A stretch of 64,000 bases of DNA from Leptospiraceae bacterium (GTDB lineage Bacteria > Spirochaetota > Leptospiria > Leptospirales > Leptonemataceae): positions 192,001 through 256,000 of the forward strand of contig JAVJNR010000004.1 of the NCBI GenBank assembly GCA_040217195.1, written 5' to 3'. The notes below the pieces were generated by a model. The model made no database searches. It had not been told where the DNA came from and worked only from the letters and a program-made list of their open reading frames with translations. Positions 60,810 to 64,000 of the stretch are shown in pieces. Made by a program: the position numbers and the translations under genes. Every line of letters starts with the position of its first letter. Within the stretch, counting starts at the first letter, position 1.

Positions 60810-61715
60810 TCAGGGCTGTATGGTTTCTTCGGTTATTATTTCACAACCGGGTTTTCCTTGCAGGCAGGTCTCCAGCTTTTCCAGATTCTCTCTGGCCGAA
60901 CGATACTGCACATTGCGCTTTCTATCTCCGCGCAACACGCCTCGCTCGTATAGATCATCCATGGTTTCAATAATCCGACGATACTCATCCGCACCAGAAC
61001 GGAGATTTCCATTCTCTACCAGAACATTGGCTTTGGCGAATCGAACCGGTATATTCTTTTCTTCTTTTCGAAGAATTTCATCCAGAATCTCCAGAGCTTT
61101 CTGTGGATTCCGTCCATAGCCTTCAGATTTCCCGTACAGAAGAGCCAGCTGATATCTTGGCCGATGGTCCCCGGGCTCCAGGCGCGCCACCGCTTCGAAT
61201 AGAAATTCGGCGGATTCAAAGCGAGTTCGTTCCCAGCCAAGAGCCCGACTTGCATTTGCATAGCATAGCCCGGCCTCAAAAAGCAATTCAGGATTGGCCT
61301 TATTGTAGGTCAGTGCTTTTCGATAATAGGGTAATGCTTCTTCAAAATAATTATTACTCTGAGCTGCAAGTACAGGTCCGGAATCCTCATCCACGGACTG
61401 GCGAAAATAGGGATCCGCCGCTTCGTATCTACCTTGCTGCATGATCGCTTTTCCAATCTTCCAGGCAAGATCTCCCTGCAAAGACTGCTCCTGAAGTAAT
61501 CCCTTCAGGTTTTTTTCAAATTCTACAGCTCTCTCTTCGCTCAGTTTCAGATCCCGCTTCAGTCGATTCAAATCCTCCTCGGACAGATCCAGGATTCGCT
61601 CCCCTCTCTCTCGCATGCCCCAGTTGCGTATTGAATCAGTAGCCCCTTCGCAACCGGCCAGAAGAAGAATGCACACCAGGGCCAGCAAGGTTGAGGATTG
61701 CCAGAAAGCTCTCAT
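60810..61715 (-). CDS. TPR-repeat lipoprotein
   Basis: Lipobox LLAGC; TPR-like helices; ATG 61715 preferred. Confidence 0.8.
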   Translation of the reverse strand: MRAFWQSSTLLALVCILLLAGCEGATDSIRNWGMRERGERILDLSEEDLNRLKRDLKLSEERAVEFEKNLKGLLQEQSLQGDLAWKIGKAIMQQGRYEAADPYFRQSVDEDSGPVLAAQSNNYFEEALPYYRKALTYNKANPELLFEAGLCYANASRALGWERTRFESAEFLFEAVARLEPGDHRPRYQLALLYGKSEGYGRNPQKALEILDEILRKEEKNIPVRFAKANVLVENGNLRSGADEYRRIIETMDDLYERGVLRGDRKRNVQYRSARENLEKLETCLQGKPGCEIITEETIQP

Positions 61716-61787
61716 ATTGGTAAATGGTTCTATGCACTGCATTCGTTTGCATTTATTTTTTCATTTTTCTTGTTCGGAGAGTAAGAT

Positions 61788-62492
61788 GTGACTATGGAAC
61801 CGTCCGGTCATTCGAAGAAAAATCATCCCTCTTATCCAGCGCTACAGGCCCTGCAGGCAATGCATCTACTGGTCAGGCTGGAAGAAGAATGTATGGCGGA
61901 GCCCTGGAATGAGAGAATGATCGAAAGCCAGTATGGCCGTGCCAATCAGCTGATACTCTTCATCGATAATAAACACAGGCTCTTCTCAAAAGAAAGTAAT
62001 TCCTCAGAGAGCCGGAAGGCCGTGCCTGGGGCTGAAGCTGGAGCTGGAGCTGGAGCTGGAAAAGAGACCACGAAAAGCAACTACCCGGCACCAGGGAGCC
62101 CGGACAATAATTCTATGGAAGCCGGCACCGCAGAGGATTCCGCTGAAGGTATCTGCGGCTATATCTGGATGGAGGATAGGTCCATGCCGGTCGGGGAAGA
62201 CCGGAAGATATCGGATGACCTGGACTCGGAAAATCAGTGGGAGCTTTTAAGGATTGGTGTATTGCCCGATTTTCGGGGCCTCGGGCTGGCAAAACGTCTG
62301 ATTCAATCGGCCCTGCAGGGCAGCTGGCAGGGCACTCCGGACCGGGTCCTGCTAGAAGTGGCCCAGACCAATGAATCCGCCCGCGCTTTATATGAATCCT
62401 GCGGATTTCTGATCATCAACCGACGCAAGAACTACTATATGGATTCCGATGCTCTAATCATGGAAAGGAAGGAGCGCAGCCATGAGACCTGA
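61788..62492 (+). CDS. GNAT acetyltransferase, RimI-like
   Basis: VLPDFRGLGLA, LEVAQTNESARALYESCGF, RRKNYY. Confidence 0.85.
   Translation: MTMEPSGHSKKNHPSYPALQALQAMHLLVRLEEECMAEPWNERMIESQYGRANQLILFIDNKHRLFSKESNSSESRKAVPGAEAGAGAGAGKETTKSNYPAPGSPDNNSMEAGTAEDSAEGICGYIWMEDRSMPVGEDRKISDDLDSENQWELLRIGVLPDFRGLGLAKRLIQSALQGSWQGTPDRVLLEVAQTNESARALYESCGFLIINRRKNYYMDSDALIMERKERSHET
62031..62060 (+). repeat. in-frame hexamer repeat
   Basis: GCTGAA then (GCTGGA)x4, encoding AEAGAGAGAG. Confidence 0.8.
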
Positions 62493-62841
62493 ACCCATTG
62501 GGCCCTATGATGAACTGTTTTTATTTTTGATTCAGTTTCTGATTCTGACCTTCATCTATTATACCATGATATCCAGTGTACTGTATATACCCTGGCTTGG
62601 GAAATGGATTCGAAAGCCGGTGGGACGCCTGGTTCATGGCATAGTATTCATTCTGGCAGCCATTGTTTTGATCTACTTTCTGGTGCCTATGAGACTCATC
62701 CATTCACTCTTTCCCAAAGCAGATCTGGATACATTACTATGGGCTGATGTGGTTCTATCCGGCCTGGCCCTGTTTCGCGGCGCTATGCTCTGGGAGCATC
62801 TATTCGGATGGCTTCAGCAGAAATTTCCTACCGGTGGGTAG
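62482..62841 (+). CDS. small membrane protein
   Basis: 119 aa, about 3 TM segments, RBS AAGGAG. Confidence 0.7.
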   Translation: MRPEPIGPYDELFLFLIQFLILTFIYYTMISSVLYIPWLGKWIRKPVGRLVHGIVFILAAIVLIYFLVPMRLIHSLFPKADLDTLLWADVVLSGLALFRGAMLWEHLFGWLQQKFPTGG

Positions 62842-62945
62842 TGGCTCAGCGATCCTACCAGACGGTTTGAATCTATGAGCCTATGGGCTAATCTGCGGAC
62901 GGGGACTTTCATCGCACCGGTCCTGGCCCGGGGCCCCCATCTCCA

Positions 62946-63656
62946 TTACCTCTTCGCCGCTTTCTTTTTCGAAGACTTCTTCTTGTTTCGATCTAAATAG
63001 GCATTCATTTCAGCAGGTGTCTGAAACAGATAGAGATGATCCTTGCCCACTCTGGAGCAACCATCCGGAGAATAATCCCGACACAGTTGAGGTCTGGTTT
63101 CATAAATACTGCACATACCGTTGGCCAGAAGCTTATCACAGGGAGTCTTGAATATGATAGCCCAGGTCTTGTCATGATCGATGTAGATTTCTACGTTTCT
63201 ATGTAGTAGATACCAGGTGTAGAGATCGCGCTGATCGTTGGACCTGGGATACTCAAGAGGCACGGTGATATACATGCAGCATCCGTGGCACTTCAAGCAG
63301 ATCTCGGTTTGGTCCATCTGCTTTTCATTTTCAAACCTGGGAAATGTAAGATTGATTTCGCCGGCTGTCTTTAGCTGCGGCATGCCTTCTGAGGTAGAAA
63401 AGTCCTCTGTAAAATTAAGCTCTCCTTCACGTTTTGGAGTCTTGTTCTGCGCTTTTGCACTCTCTTTCGCATAGACGCTGGAGCTTTTCTTACTTGCCGG
63501 TGCAGATTTTCCGGCTGACTTCTTCGCAGATTTCTTAGTCGATTTTTTGGATGGACTATTGACATCGCCGCTTTGAGCGCTTCCGACCCTCTTCTTCGCC
63601 GATGTTTTCGACTTCTTCGCTGCGCTGGTCTTTTTCTTTTTCTGGGCTAGTGCCAT
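62946..63656 (-). CDS. YkgJ-family cysteine-cluster protein
   Basis: CLKCHGCC, CSIYETRPQLCRDY; Lys/Ser/Ala-rich termini; RBS AGGAG. Confidence 0.85.
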   Translation of the reverse strand: MALAQKKKKTSAAKKSKTSAKKRVGSAQSGDVNSPSKKSTKKSAKKSAGKSAPASKKSSSVYAKESAKAQNKTPKREGELNFTEDFSTSEGMPQLKTAGEINLTFPRFENEKQMDQTEICLKCHGCCMYITVPLEYPRSNDQRDLYTWYLLHRNVEIYIDHDKTWAIIFKTPCDKLLANGMCSIYETRPQLCRDYSPDGCSRVGKDHLYLFQTPAEMNAYLDRNKKKSSKKKAAKR

Positions 63657-63700
63657 TCTAATTCTCCTAATTCTGCTTTGCGAAGCAAAGTCACATTTTT

Positions 63701-64000
63701 CTATCGCTTCGGTAGCGATTCTTCGGGGCCGGCAAGCACCGGTTCCCTTTCCAGCCAGACTCCGCTAAACTCAAATACTCGATTCTGTACCTTACGAGCC
63801 AGGTTCATTAACGCTGCCGTCGATCCATCACGATTTACCAGAGCCAGACTATGACTGCGTGAAATTCCCACTCCGTTCTCGGAGTAGCCTTTTGAGAAAC
63901 CTGAGTTTTCCACCAGCCAGGCAGCGCTTAACTTGTATGAATCCCCGGACTCAAAACAGGGAAAATCCACAACGCCAGCCTGCTCCATTCTGGATTGGAA
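63701..64000 (-). CDS. murB: UDP-N-acetylmuramate dehydrogenase, C-terminal part (runs off the window)
   Basis: KLSAAWLVE, HSLALVN, GVWLEREP; frame open to 64000. Confidence 0.88.
   Translation of the reverse strand, partial: FQSRMEQAGVVDFPCFESGDSYKLSAAWLVENSGFSKGYSENGVGISRSHSLALVNRDGSTAALMNLARKVQNRVFEFSGVWLEREPVLAGPEESLPKR

Overview
About 50% GC bacterial chromosomal window with roughly 50 tightly packed CDSs. Several proteins look like Leptospiraceae (spirochaete) families; this is inference from memory, not a database result. The left third (1.9-24 kb) is an alpha-glucan cluster: GlgX-MalQ fusion, GT4, GH57, TreS-maltokinase fusion, GlgP and a ROK kinase. Two unusual modules sit inside it. 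The first is an ammonium transporter fused to a class III adenylate cyclase, behind a candidate sigma-54 promoter and a structured leader. The second is a four-gene copper operon: a cupredoxin/beta-helix/membrane-anchor protein, a small paralogue of that anchor, a two-domain multicopper oxidase and a SCO chaperone. The middle is accessory: a voltage-gated channel with a TLEDWTD filter, a frameshifted sensor remnant, an atypical two-component pair with a methyltransferase, a di-iron protein/uppS/SDR operon, an IS481-like end, lipid genes, a P450 and a hybrid kinase. The right third is mostly housekeeping (cysK, argH, speE, pcnB, M23, topA, dprA, rimI-like, partial murB) with a 3 x 50 bp tandem repeat behind topA. 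I found no rRNA, tRNA, CRISPR array, transposase or prophage. All calls come from reading motifs by eye, and start codons are estimates.
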